The notes beneath the pieces were generated by a model. It saw only the letters and a program-made list of their open reading frames with translations, was not told the origin of the DNA and did not search any database. From the IMG/VR virus record IMGVR_UViG_3300014613_000021, positions 1-64,000 of that record: a stretch of DNA of 64,000 bases. The stretch is one strand, 5' to 3'. Position numbers and translations under genes: made by a program. The DNA comes from a virus (Duplodnaviria > Caudoviricetes). This document shows positions 28,854-38,582 of the stretch, piece after piece; the first letter of the stretch is position 1, and the number at the start of each line of letters is the position of its first letter.

Positions 28854-31800
28854 TTAATTTAAAATTTCTACTTGTGAGTTATCTTCTGTATAAAGAACGT
28901 TCATGTTCTTATAATCATCATATCCGATTTTTCCGTCTATTATCAAAAGTTTTCCTTTAGCTAAAGACAGTTGTTTTCCGTAATCAGCCCAAGTAATCGG
29001 CCAACAAACAACCCAAATCATTTCATCATTACATTCAATTTGTATTTGCGCAAACTTGCCATTTTTACTGTTTCTTTCAATAAATCCAGAAATAACCCCT
29101 GCAATAATACCTCTTTTGTTTCCTCGTGAATTAAATTCAGAATAAAATTCAATAGGGTCTATTAATTTATTTGCACTTTGTTTGAATATTATAGAGAATT
29201 TAAGAATTACTCTTTTATAATTAAGATAACCAAATCCACATAATTCTTTCTGTCGTAATATCCACCAATATTCTTCATCTATTCTATTATTGTCAGTAAA
29301 AGTATCTTTTCCTTTATCAATTTTAATGCCTACTATTTTTCTGTATTTTTCAATCAAAGAAAGTCTTTCTTGTGGAGTTTTTATGCTTTCTATATTATCA
29401 AAACACCCTGAAAAAATAAGACTTTCGACAACTCTTTTATTGACTTTACTTTTAGGGACCCTTTCATAAAATTCCTTTAGTGAATAAAAATCGCCATTCT
29501 TTTCTCTTTCTTCTACTATTATTGAAACAGCTATATCGCCAACATTTTTTATTTTAGAAAGAGACCAATATATTTTAGCTTGCTCAAAATCAGTATAAAA
29601 ACTTTGTCTTGAATAATTAATATCTGGCGGCAATACTTTAATAAAATCACCTATTTTATTTATCTCACAAATCAATTTTGAAATATTACTTTCTTTTGCG
29701 TACTCTAATGCAACAGTCCAAAACTGAATCGGATATTTATATTTTAACCACTGCCCTATATATCCAGTAATAGCATAAGCGACCGCATGAGAACGATTAA
29801 AAGAATATCCGGCAAACGCTTGTAATTTATTCCATATTTTTTTTACTATTTTTTCTTCATAACCGTTTTCAATAGCCCTGTCAATAAATAATTGTTTGTA
29901 ACTATCAAGTAATGATTGTATTTTTTTTCCCATCGCCTTCCTTATTTCATCTCCTTCGCTAAAAGAAAAATCAGAAAGTATTTGTGTTACTTTGATAGCT
30001 TGCTCCTGATATATATATAAACCATAAGTGTTTTCTGTAACCTCTTTTAACACTTCAAGATCATATTCAGTGTTTTTTCTTCCATGCCTTAAATTAATAT
30101 AGTCAATGTGAGCGTTTGAAATCATTGTTCCCGGTCTGTATAATGAAATCATTGAAATAAGATGCTCCATGTTATCAGGTTTCACATTTAAAGAATAACC
30201 TATCAATCCAGTACTTCCAAAATGATGTATATCCTGATTAAACCCTTTTTGAAACAATTTATAAACTCCTTTATCATTATATTCTAAATTAAAAACATTA
30301 ATTTCTTCTCCTGTTGTTTTCTTTACAAGTTCTGTTATTTCCTTAAATTTATCAAGTTGTTCAAGCGAAAGAAGGTCTTCTTTTAAAAAACCTATTTTAT
30401 CTAAATCACTTCCTTTCCATTCAGAAACTAAATTTCCGTCTTCCATACGAACGGGAATCCAATCAAAAATCTCCATAAAATTATCATCCCCGTCATGTTC
30501 TGGAAAAATAATCATTGCTGACGCATGAACGGATTTATTCCTTACCTGTGATATTATTAATTGAATGGCATTGATTAACTCAAAGTTTTTCCTTATAAAG
30601 TCAGTAAAAACAGGGTTTTTAATAGTATTTTTAAACACATCAATAAAAGTATCTGTTTCCTCCGGCTTTGTCTTTACATCTTTAAAATTAAACACAACAG
30701 ATGCAGGATACCCATAAACACTCGCAAGGTCTTTTAACGCCGCCTTTAATTGAAATGTATTGTTATTTCCCACATAGCAGATATGATTATATCCATATTT
30801 TTGAACCAGGTATTGTTTTACGACATCCCTTTTACCAGCCTCTATATCTATATCAATATCCGGACAACCTTCTTTAATCCTTGCCTCATTTAAAAACCTC
30901 TCAAAAATCAAATCATAATCAAAAGGGTTTATTTTTATTATTCCAAGTAAATATGAAATTAACGACCCTGACGCACTTCCACGACCAATGCCAACGTATA
31001 TATTTTCTTTTTTACAAAATTCAATAACATCCCAAAGAATAAGAAAATAATCAATAAAGCCTCCTCTTATTATTACATCAACTTCTTTTTCTATTCTTTC
31101 ATAATACTTTTCTAAATCCTGTTCTTTTGACAATTTTTCTTCAACCCCTTTCTGAATTAAATTAAAAAATAATTCTTCACTATTTTCACATTTAAACTTT
31201 GGGAGGTGAAGTTTCTTTTCAATTCTAAAATCAACATTATTACTTACCCAATTTGTATTTGAACTGGCTTCAGTAAATATTTCCAATACCTTTTTTTTAT
31301 CTGAAAACAAGGAACTCAATATTTCAAAATTATCATCAAGGTTTTTAAAATATTGATTTTTTGATTCATGCTGAAATCCCACATCACCTATTTTATTAAG
31401 GATTTTCTTGATATAACCGTCTCCTTTATCAAGGTAATAAGAATCATTTATTAAAATAGGCTCTACAAGATTTATATACCTGTCAAAATATTCTTTTAAA
31501 ACCAAAAGACTTTCTTTATCTTTTTCATCTCTTTCCCAAACAACGGTATCTATTTGATAAAAAACTTTTTCAAAATTTCTTTTGAGAATAGGTAAATCAC
31601 TGAAAAACAAATTGTCGCATAAAATAAGAACAAGTCCAGAACTATACTGAATTAAGTCATCAATTGTAACACCTCTTTTTTGAACATTTATAATGCAATT
31701 TAGCCTTAATAAGTTTTTCCACCCCTGATTATTTAAAACATATATTTTTATATTTGCGTTTTCTCCTTTTCTTACAATATTAATGCTCTCTCCTATAACA

Positions 31801-32279
31801 AATTTTATATTTTCTTTCTGACACTGAAACTGTAATTGAAGAACCCCCGCTAATGTATTTTTATCACAAATTCCAACAGTGTCATATCCATAAAACTTAG
31901 CTTTCTTAATCCAATCCGGAAACTTTCTTGAACCATTACAAATGTCATATTCTGAATGAATGCCTAAATAAGAAAATGGTTGCTCAATTTCTTGAACACA
32001 CTTACCTAAATATTTAAACGGATTAACTTCTGGATTCTTTTCTGTTTTAATTGGTGTATAGTAATACTTTCCACCAAATTTGAATAAATAAAAATCTGTT
32101 AAGTCTTCCATTGCTTTTTCAGCCGGAGAAAGAATTAATTCAAACTTATCAGTAAACATTTTTTTCTTATATTCAATTAAAAGAAATTTACCAACACCCT
32201 CAATTTTAAAAACATCTTCTAATTCGGAATTTAACAAACTAAGTTTATTATCAACTATCCATTCACTTAATTCAGTCAT
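28854..32279 (-). CDS. dnaE: DNA polymerase III alpha subunit (family C) with N-terminal extension
   Basis: PHP domain, GRGSASGS, PDIDIDIE catalytic motif, YSFNRSHAVAYA, C-terminal OB fold. Confidence 0.95.
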   Translation of the reverse strand: MTELSEWIVDNKLSLLNSELEDVFKIEGVGKFLLIEYKKKMFTDKFELILSPAEKAMEDLTDFYLFKFGGKYYYTPIKTEKNPEVNPFKYLGKCVQEIEQPFSYLGIHSEYDICNGSRKFPDWIKKAKFYGYDTVGICDKNTLAGVLQLQFQCQKENIKFVIGESINIVRKGENANIKIYVLNNQGWKNLLRLNCIINVQKRGVTIDDLIQYSSGLVLILCDNLFFSDLPILKRNFEKVFYQIDTVVWERDEKDKESLLVLKEYFDRYINLVEPILINDSYYLDKGDGYIKKILNKIGDVGFQHESKNQYFKNLDDNFEILSSLFSDKKKVLEIFTEASSNTNWVSNNVDFRIEKKLHLPKFKCENSEELFFNLIQKGVEEKLSKEQDLEKYYERIEKEVDVIIRGGFIDYFLILWDVIEFCKKENIYVGIGRGSASGSLISYLLGIIKINPFDYDLIFERFLNEARIKEGCPDIDIDIEAGKRDVVKQYLVQKYGYNHICYVGNNNTFQLKAALKDLASVYGYPASVVFNFKDVKTKPEETDTFIDVFKNTIKNPVFTDFIRKNFELINAIQLIISQVRNKSVHASAMIIFPEHDGDDNFMEIFDWIPVRMEDGNLVSEWKGSDLDKIGFLKEDLLSLEQLDKFKEITELVKKTTGEEINVFNLEYNDKGVYKLFQKGFNQDIHHFGSTGLIGYSLNVKPDNMEHLISMISLYRPGTMISNAHIDYINLRHGRKNTEYDLEVLKEVTENTYGLYIYQEQAIKVTQILSDFSFSEGDEIRKAMGKKIQSLLDSYKQLFIDRAIENGYEEKIVKKIWNKLQAFAGYSFNRSHAVAYAITGYIGQWLKYKYPIQFWTVALEYAKESNISKLICEINKIGDFIKVLPPDINYSRQSFYTDFEQAKIYWSLSKIKNVGDIAVSIIVEEREKNGDFYSLKEFYERVPKSKVNKRVVESLIFSGCFDNIESIKTPQERLSLIEKYRKIVGIKIDKGKDTFTDNNRIDEEYWWILRQKELCGFGYLNYKRVILKFSIIFKQSANKLIDPIEFYSEFNSRGNKRGIIAGVISGFIERNSKNGKFAQIQIECNDEMIWVVCWPITWADYGKQLSLAKGKLLIIDGKIGYDDYKNMNVLYTEDNSQVEILN

Positions 32280-32316
32280 ATTGGTAAATTCACAGTATAA
32301 GATAGTATTCCGCTAA

Positions 32317-34137
32317 TTAACAAGGACACCACCATGCCTTTAATTTATTTGTTTTAAAAATAAAAATATCGCCCTTTGTATTGTTATAGATGATTTTCAA
32401 CTGTTCAAAATTAAAACCCTCTTTTAATTCATCATTTTCTTTTAAACATAACACGCTTACAAAATATCCGTTTTCTATTAATTCATTATTATTTAAACTA
32501 ATAACCGAATCAATAGATTCTATTTTTAATTCTTTATAAACTGAATTTACTTTTGTTATCTCGTTTTCAAAATCAATTATAAACCCGTAATTTTTTTTAC
32601 TTTTTTCTTTATTTTTCCTTTCTTCTTTTCTTAATTCTTCTAAAAATGAAATATATTTTTGAGCTACTTCTTTATTAATAACAATTCCGTTATTAATAAA
32701 GATTTTTCTTTCTATTATATATTTTTTTATAATAGAGTTTTCTTCAAATAATCTTGAATATAGATCTATATTATCTGATTTTAAAATAATCTCTTTTTCA
32801 TTAAAATAAATATCTATTTCTCCGTCCGGAATTACACCAAATACTTTAGAAAAATCTTTATTAATTATTATTGAATCACAATTAATATTTAATTGATCTG
32901 AATTGAAATAATCAAAATATAAATGCATCTTATTTACCCCCCCTATATATGTTTTATCATTAATATTAAATAAATGAATTTGGTTAGAAATACCCTTTTT
33001 TACAATATTAAACTTATTTATAAATTCCTGCGATTGAAGTTTTCCTATATATATATAATCAGAAATATTCTTTTGACAAAACGGATATTCACTAATAGTT
33101 TTATAAAAGATTAAAGCATTTCCTTCAAGTTTATAAAGGCCATCCGGTTTATTTATTCCTGAAATATTTATAATATTTTCAAGATCAGTACAGGTCAAAA
33201 TTTTATTTTCGATTTTTATAAAATCAAGTATTGGAAGATATGTTTTGTTATTATTATTAATAAAGCTCTTTATTACGGATATTTGTTCTTTAGTTAAATC
33301 AGAATATTCACCTTTCTTTATTTCTATATTTACTTCATCAATATATTGTTTATTATTTGAATAAACAATGTTTTCAATTAAATCATAATTTGAACAAATC
33401 CCTACATTTCTATCAATATCACCATACCATCCATCTTCAGAAATCTTTCCATAATCCCCCGGCATTAACATAGCAAATAATGAAAATTTATTTCCTTTAT
33501 ATTCAAATAAAATAGAGTTATTATATGATAATTTAATTGATATTTTACTAATACCTGTTTTTATAAATAGAATAAGTAAATCTCTTATAAAATTCAATTT
33601 ATATGTAATTATCAATTCGCCAACAAAACTGAATTTCATTAATTTATTTGATTCATTTGTTAAATTTGTTCTATCAATAAATTGAATAAAAGCAAGGCAT
33701 CTATGACAATCTAATTCACCGTCAACTAAAAAATCTGTTAGAACAACATTGTGATAATCCGGGTATTTAAAATCAACCTTATCACCTATTTTATATTCTT
33801 TTTCACCAAATTCTATATTATGAACTAAATATTTACCGTCATATTTTACGTTTTCTATATCACTTATGATAACTAATTTCATTGTATCATTAAAAACTAT
33901 TTCATTTTTTTCTTTATTAAAAAAAACACAAAAGGTAAATTGACTATCATTTTGCGGATAAAGAATAGACTTAACCAAACCCATAAATTGTTTGTTTTCC
34001 GGGCTAAATTCAAATTTAACCGGTTTTGGTCTTTCATAATACTTATTCGCTAAAGGAATAATTTTATTAAAATCACTTTCAGCATTATTTATTTCCATGA
34101 TTCTTTTTTTTATATGATGATATAGTACTGTAAACAA
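32317..34137 (-). CDS. Divergent beta-clamp-fold (DnaN-like) multidomain protein
   Basis: LPILDFIKIENKILTCTDLE, KYPDYHNVV, EIDIYFNEKEIILKSDNIDLYSRLFE resemble DnaN segments; very AT-rich. Confidence 0.5.
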   Translation of the reverse strand: MFTVLYHHIKKRIMEINNAESDFNKIIPLANKYYERPKPVKFEFSPENKQFMGLVKSILYPQNDSQFTFCVFFNKEKNEIVFNDTMKLVIISDIENVKYDGKYLVHNIEFGEKEYKIGDKVDFKYPDYHNVVLTDFLVDGELDCHRCLAFIQFIDRTNLTNESNKLMKFSFVGELIITYKLNFIRDLLILFIKTGISKISIKLSYNNSILFEYKGNKFSLFAMLMPGDYGKISEDGWYGDIDRNVGICSNYDLIENIVYSNNKQYIDEVNIEIKKGEYSDLTKEQISVIKSFINNNNKTYLPILDFIKIENKILTCTDLENIINISGINKPDGLYKLEGNALIFYKTISEYPFCQKNISDYIYIGKLQSQEFINKFNIVKKGISNQIHLFNINDKTYIGGVNKMHLYFDYFNSDQLNINCDSIIINKDFSKVFGVIPDGEIDIYFNEKEIILKSDNIDLYSRLFEENSIIKKYIIERKIFINNGIVINKEVAQKYISFLEELRKEERKNKEKSKKNYGFIIDFENEITKVNSVYKELKIESIDSVISLNNNELIENGYFVSVLCLKENDELKEGFNFEQLKIIYNNTKGDIFIFKTNKLKAWWCPC

Positions 34138-34687
34138 ATGAATAGTCAGATTCCATTAATTTTGAAATCTCTTTTATTGTTAATCCGGTATCATAAAGTC
34201 TTCTAAATTTTTCCGATTTACTTATTTTTTTTTCTCTAAATACCCTTATTTGTTTCATTGTTAATTTAATTCTGTACTTTTTCTTTCCAATTTTTGGAGG
34301 GGTTAAATACAATCTTATTTGTATTAAATACTCAATCCAATGACAACCAGATTTTACTAAATGATCAGTCAATTCAATAATTCTTTTTGCTTTTTCTTCC
34401 CCAAATTGATTTACAATTTCTTCTTCAAGTTCATCTTTTGCAATTTCATTTTTTGTATTGTTCTGATAAACATAGAAAAACCTCTTTATTTCAGAAAAAT
34501 CAATTGAAGTTTTTTCTGCAACAGGTTTGTTTTCCTTTTTTCCCCACTTTATTTTCTTTATTATCTCTGCCTTTAACTCCGTTTTTGTTTTCTTTTCAGG
34601 TTTCCTTATTTCTAATTCATCAGATATACTCCGTAATTCAGACAATGAATAACGAAATATATTCTCAATAATTATTTCTGGATTCAT
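34085..34687 (-). CDS. Hypothetical protein with C-terminal HTH
   Basis: SKSEKFRRLYDTGLTIKEISKLMESDYSFVYS. Confidence 0.6.
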   Translation of the reverse strand: MNPEIIIENIFRYSLSELRSISDELEIRKPEKKTKTELKAEIIKKIKWGKKENKPVAEKTSIDFSEIKRFFYVYQNNTKNEIAKDELEEEIVNQFGEEKAKRIIELTDHLVKSGCHWIEYLIQIRLYLTPPKIGKKKYRIKLTMKQIRVFREKKISKSEKFRRLYDTGLTIKEISKLMESDYSFVYSTISSYKKKNHGNK

Positions 34688-34693
34688 TTTTAT

Positions 34694-35395
34694 TTATTTA
34701 TTAACAAAATTAAATTGAAATCCTGGAGAAAAGTTATACCCTTCTTCAATACACATTTTGTAAAAAATAACATTTAACTTTTTTTCTTGTTCTTTTGTAA
34801 TACATTCAACAGTTAAATATATTTTGTGATTGGGTATTTTAAGTTTTTCTTGTAATTTAATTAATTCATTTATGTTTTCCTGAGTAGAAATACGAGGTTT
34901 TAACTGATAATCTTCATGCTTTGTTATTAACTCATACATTGCATCATAATTCTTTCTTAACTTTTCATGTCTTTGATAAATTTCTTTTGAGACAGAATTT
35001 TTTGTTGGGGTTGAGTTTGAAAGTTTTAGAGACAAAGAAATAAAATCAGCACAAGTACTTACAAATTTTGAACCTTCAGTTTCTATTGTTGTAAATTTTT
35101 TATAATGACTTGCTAATAGACAAATTTCTTGTAATAACGGAGGATGAAGTGTTGGACTTCCGCCAGTTATTAATACGTGTTTTATTTGTTCATTTTTTGA
35201 TAAATATGTTTCAATTTCTTCAAGTGTATAGTTTTTCTTTTTATGGTCATTTTCAAATGAAAAATCACAAAACACACAGCTTAACGGACATCCTGAGAAT
35301 TGAATTAAAATATGAGGTATACCAATATACATACCTTCATATTGTATTACAGTTGATAATTCAATTATTGGTCGTTCTTGTTTATAATTCATCAT
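34694..35395 (-). CDS. queE: QueE-like radical SAM protein (7-carboxy-7-deazaguanine synthase family)
   Basis: TVIQYEG..IG, GCPLSCVFCD (CxxxCxxC), ITGG, IETEG, SLSLKL. Confidence 0.7.
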   Translation of the reverse strand: MMNYKQERPIIELSTVIQYEGMYIGIPHILIQFSGCPLSCVFCDFSFENDHKKKNYTLEEIETYLSKNEQIKHVLITGGSPTLHPPLLQEICLLASHYKKFTTIETEGSKFVSTCADFISLSLKLSNSTPTKNSVSKEIYQRHEKLRKNYDAMYELITKHEDYQLKPRISTQENINELIKLQEKLKIPNHKIYLTVECITKEQEKKLNVIFYKMCIEEGYNFSPGFQFNFVNK

Positions 35396-35401
35396 AATTT
35401 A

Positions 35402-35662
35402 TTAGTCTTTTAAATATTTTTCAATAGCTTCTAATTTATTATCAGATTCAGTTTTTAAATGGCCATGAACGTGATATTTTTTACTTCCATCAGGAAATTG
35501 TTTTGTAACAATTCCGACGTTCCATTTTAATTCAAAATCTTTAACCTTTATTTCTGTGAATTTTTCTCTTGCTGACTTTATAACTATAAGCATTTCGTCT
35601 GGAGTTAATCCGTTTTCCTGCATTTCTTTAATTATCTTATCAACTATTTCTTTTTCTTTCAT
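35402..35662 (-). CDS. Hypothetical protein
   Basis: ORF track. Confidence 0.5.
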   Translation of the reverse strand: MKEKEIVDKIIKEMQENGLTPDEMLIVIKSAREKFTEIKVKDFELKWNVGIVTKQFPDGSKKYHVHGHLKTESDNKLEAIEKYLKD

Positions 35663-35684
35663 AATTTTTATATTTTAAAATTTA

Positions 35685-36146
35685 TCACAATATTCTTGTT
35701 ATTAACTCAATATCAAAATATTTAATCACTTTATCAATTTTAACCTTTACCTTGTTTTTTTTTCCATCATACCCTAAACTCTTACAGACAATAGTTTCAT
35801 TGTTTATTACCACTGATACATCCTCCCCTTCAAAATAATAATTTTTTTTATCAAGTGTTCCAAAAATAGACTCTGGAAGTTTATCACTATAATAAAATTT
35901 TGGATAACCTCCACTTCCATAAACTTCTAAATAAATTTCTTTCTTTACTGTTTCATTATCAAATATATTTGGGAGTCTATTCCTCAAACTAATGTCATCT
36001 ATTTTTATCTTTTTCCAAATTATTAATTTTGAATAAAAATTTTTATCTTGTTGATATGGATAAATTCTTCTTCTCAACTCGGTAATAACATATTCAATCT
36101 GCAATTGTTTTAAATAACTAACTAAACTTAAACCCTTATCACCCAT
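35685..36146 (-). CDS. Hypothetical protein
   Basis: ORF track, coupled to primase. Confidence 0.6.
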   Translation of the reverse strand: MGDKGLSLVSYLKQLQIEYVITELRRRIYPYQQDKNFYSKLIIWKKIKIDDISLRNRLPNIFDNETVKKEIYLEVYGSGGYPKFYYSDKLPESIFGTLDKKNYYFEGEDVSVVINNETIVCKSLGYDGKKNKVKVKIDKVIKYFDIELITRIL

Positions 36147-37138
36147 TAAACTAAATTTTTTATGAATAATTTTGAATATTTATAAGAAAATGGTGACTCC
36201 AAATTGCAAAAAATATCTGATAATTCACCAAAGGTTAAATCACCGGGATCACTGTCTGAACTTTTAATGTGTGCAACCTGAACATTAAACCACATTTCCA
36301 ACTCAAATGAATTTTCCTGAACTTCCTTCAAAGCATCAGGATCATATAATAATATAATGTTTTTAATTTTTTTGTCCTTTAGTCTTTGAATATGATACTT
36401 TGTTATTCTTTTTCCAAATGTACAGCAACACTTCATTTCTAATAAATCATCTAATCCAAGTAAATTTTCAATATTGAATTTATCTGTAATACCTTCAACT
36501 AAAATAACTGTATTAGTTTCATTCTCTATTATTTCTTCAAACCCGAACAAAATCTTCTCAAAATCAGTATTAGTTGAGTTTATATATCTTTGGTGTCTTT
36601 TTTTGGAACCCTCAAGTTTCCTTCTTTCATTGAACCATTCAATCCATTCTTTTGTTTTTCTGCTTCTTGAAACATACCCGACACATACATCATTTTCCAT
36701 TATTAAAAGAGTAATGTAATTTTTTCTTAATCTCGGTTCTAATTGAGCAAATCCAAATATATATTTTTCAAATTGATAAGTTTTCACTCCTCTGCTTTTT
36801 AAATACCAATCTGAATAAACCCTTTTAAATCCAAGAGGGATGTTTTTCTTTTGTAATATGTAGTCTTTTTCTTCTTCTTCAAATAATTCCTTTTGTTCAA
36901 TACGAGGTACTGTTTCATCAAACTCAACTAAATCAAGTCTCCCTATTTTTTCAAGTAAAATGTTTATATGTCCCTTTTCGCCACATTTTCCTGAAAAACA
37001 ATTAAATGATGAACTTTTATACCCAAAAACAACGCCCATTTTTTCGCCACCACAAAAAGGACAATTCTCAGCAACATACCATCCTTTGTTACCTGACTTT
37101 CTTAATTTAAGACATTCTATGATAGCTTCTTTATTCAT
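36146..37138 (-). CDS. DNA primase (Zn finger + TOPRIM)
   Basis: CPFC..CFSGKC zinc domain, LVEGITD, YDPD. Confidence 0.85.
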   Translation of the reverse strand: MNKEAIIECLKLRKSGNKGWYVAENCPFCGGEKMGVVFGYKSSSFNCFSGKCGEKGHINILLEKIGRLDLVEFDETVPRIEQKELFEEEEKDYILQKKNIPLGFKRVYSDWYLKSRGVKTYQFEKYIFGFAQLEPRLRKNYITLLIMENDVCVGYVSRSRKTKEWIEWFNERRKLEGSKKRHQRYINSTNTDFEKILFGFEEIIENETNTVILVEGITDKFNIENLLGLDDLLEMKCCCTFGKRITKYHIQRLKDKKIKNIILLYDPDALKEVQENSFELEMWFNVQVAHIKSSDSDPGDLTFGELSDIFCNLESPFSYKYSKLFIKNLV

Positions 37139-37167
37139 TGTTTTTTAAATAATTTTCAATAATCATA

Positions 37168-38532
37168 TCAATAAAAGTTTTCAATCGTTTTCATCCTATC
37201 ATAAAACCTATCATACCGATAATTCTGATAAATTTTAATTGTTTGTCCTGCTTTGAAGTGCCTTAATTTATCCAAATAAATCCTCATCATTCCATCCCTA
37301 TATTCATCTTTTGTTTGATTCAGAGACATCACGAAACTAAATGAATTTGTTAATTCTTTTGTATTTGAAGCATAATGCCTGTCTATAACCCACTCCGGAT
37401 CATTCCATAAAGTTGGAGGCACATCACTTGCTTGTGTAGGGACAGTTACCCTTGTTTGATATTCAACAGCAATATTTTTTAATTTATCGGCAATCGCTTC
37501 CCTTCTTTGCTTTTCATCATTTACACCATATCTTTTGCCGTTTCCGGGATGGGAAATTTTTTCAAGATAATCTATATAAACATCGTCAATCCGGCCATGT
37601 ATTTTGATTAAATCAGAAACAAATAATTTTATATCAAACATTGAAGCAGACTCAAACTGTTCGTAAGCATGAACATAAATATCTGACCCTTTTGCTCTTA
37701 TATCTTTTACTATCTTTTGAAGTTTCTGATATGTTTTATTATGTATATTACCAATTTTTACATCACTCATTAAACAAGCCGTCCAAGTAGCATCATAACC
37801 ATTTAAGCATTCTTGCTCCGAACCTTCCAACTGAACATGAGCAACTAAATTACCTCTCCTTGCCGAATGAACTGCCATGTGTCGGACACATTTCGTTTTA
37901 CCAACCCCTGACCGGGATATTACCAGTGTTGTGTCAGTTACATCTTTCCCTCCATTAGTAATATCATCAATTTCATCAATTCCAAAAGGTATCTTGTGAA
38001 TAAACTTACTTGTTTTTGAATTTATAACTCTTATTTTGTTTCTATTTTCAAAATCACCAAATATTGATTCATAATATTTAGTCCCCTTTTTAATTGAAAA
38101 AGTAGATAGTTTTTCAGAAAATTTATTTAACTCTCCCCTTGCTTTTTCTTTCTCACCCTTACTATAAGTCTCACCAAATTTATAATAAAAGGTTTCTGCC
38201 ATTGCATCTTTTAAAAAATCCTCAAGTGACTCCATTGCAGAATCAACTTCAAGTACATCAGCTTCTTTTATTTTTTCAAGTAATTCAACTGCATCCTGAT
38301 CTTTTTTAACCCTTCTGTCAAAATACTGAGAAATCATACCAATAGTAGGAACTTTCTTCGTTTCACTTATTGAATATTCAGTCTTTATAGCTTTCCAAAT
38401 TTTTTTATATCCCTCGATCGGAAGATAGCTATATTCTAAATGTTCAATTAATATACTGATAACCTTTGAGTTTCTAAAACAAAGTTTAAACAATTCATTA
38501 AGAAAATTATCACTGAGTTTGTTTGAGGCCAT
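37168..38532 (-). CDS. Replicative SF4 (DnaB-like) helicase
   Basis: SRSGVGKT Walker A, QLEG, YIDY Walker B, TQA, LDKLRH. Confidence 0.8.
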   Translation of the reverse strand: MASNKLSDNFLNELFKLCFRNSKVISILIEHLEYSYLPIEGYKKIWKAIKTEYSISETKKVPTIGMISQYFDRRVKKDQDAVELLEKIKEADVLEVDSAMESLEDFLKDAMAETFYYKFGETYSKGEKEKARGELNKFSEKLSTFSIKKGTKYYESIFGDFENRNKIRVINSKTSKFIHKIPFGIDEIDDITNGGKDVTDTTLVISRSGVGKTKCVRHMAVHSARRGNLVAHVQLEGSEQECLNGYDATWTACLMSDVKIGNIHNKTYQKLQKIVKDIRAKGSDIYVHAYEQFESASMFDIKLFVSDLIKIHGRIDDVYIDYLEKISHPGNGKRYGVNDEKQRREAIADKLKNIAVEYQTRVTVPTQASDVPPTLWNDPEWVIDRHYASNTKELTNSFSFVMSLNQTKDEYRDGMMRIYLDKLRHFKAGQTIKIYQNYRYDRFYDRMKTIENFY

Positions 38533-38582
38533 TTATTATAGATAATTCGCTATAAATATAAATAATATATTTTGAAAACCAA

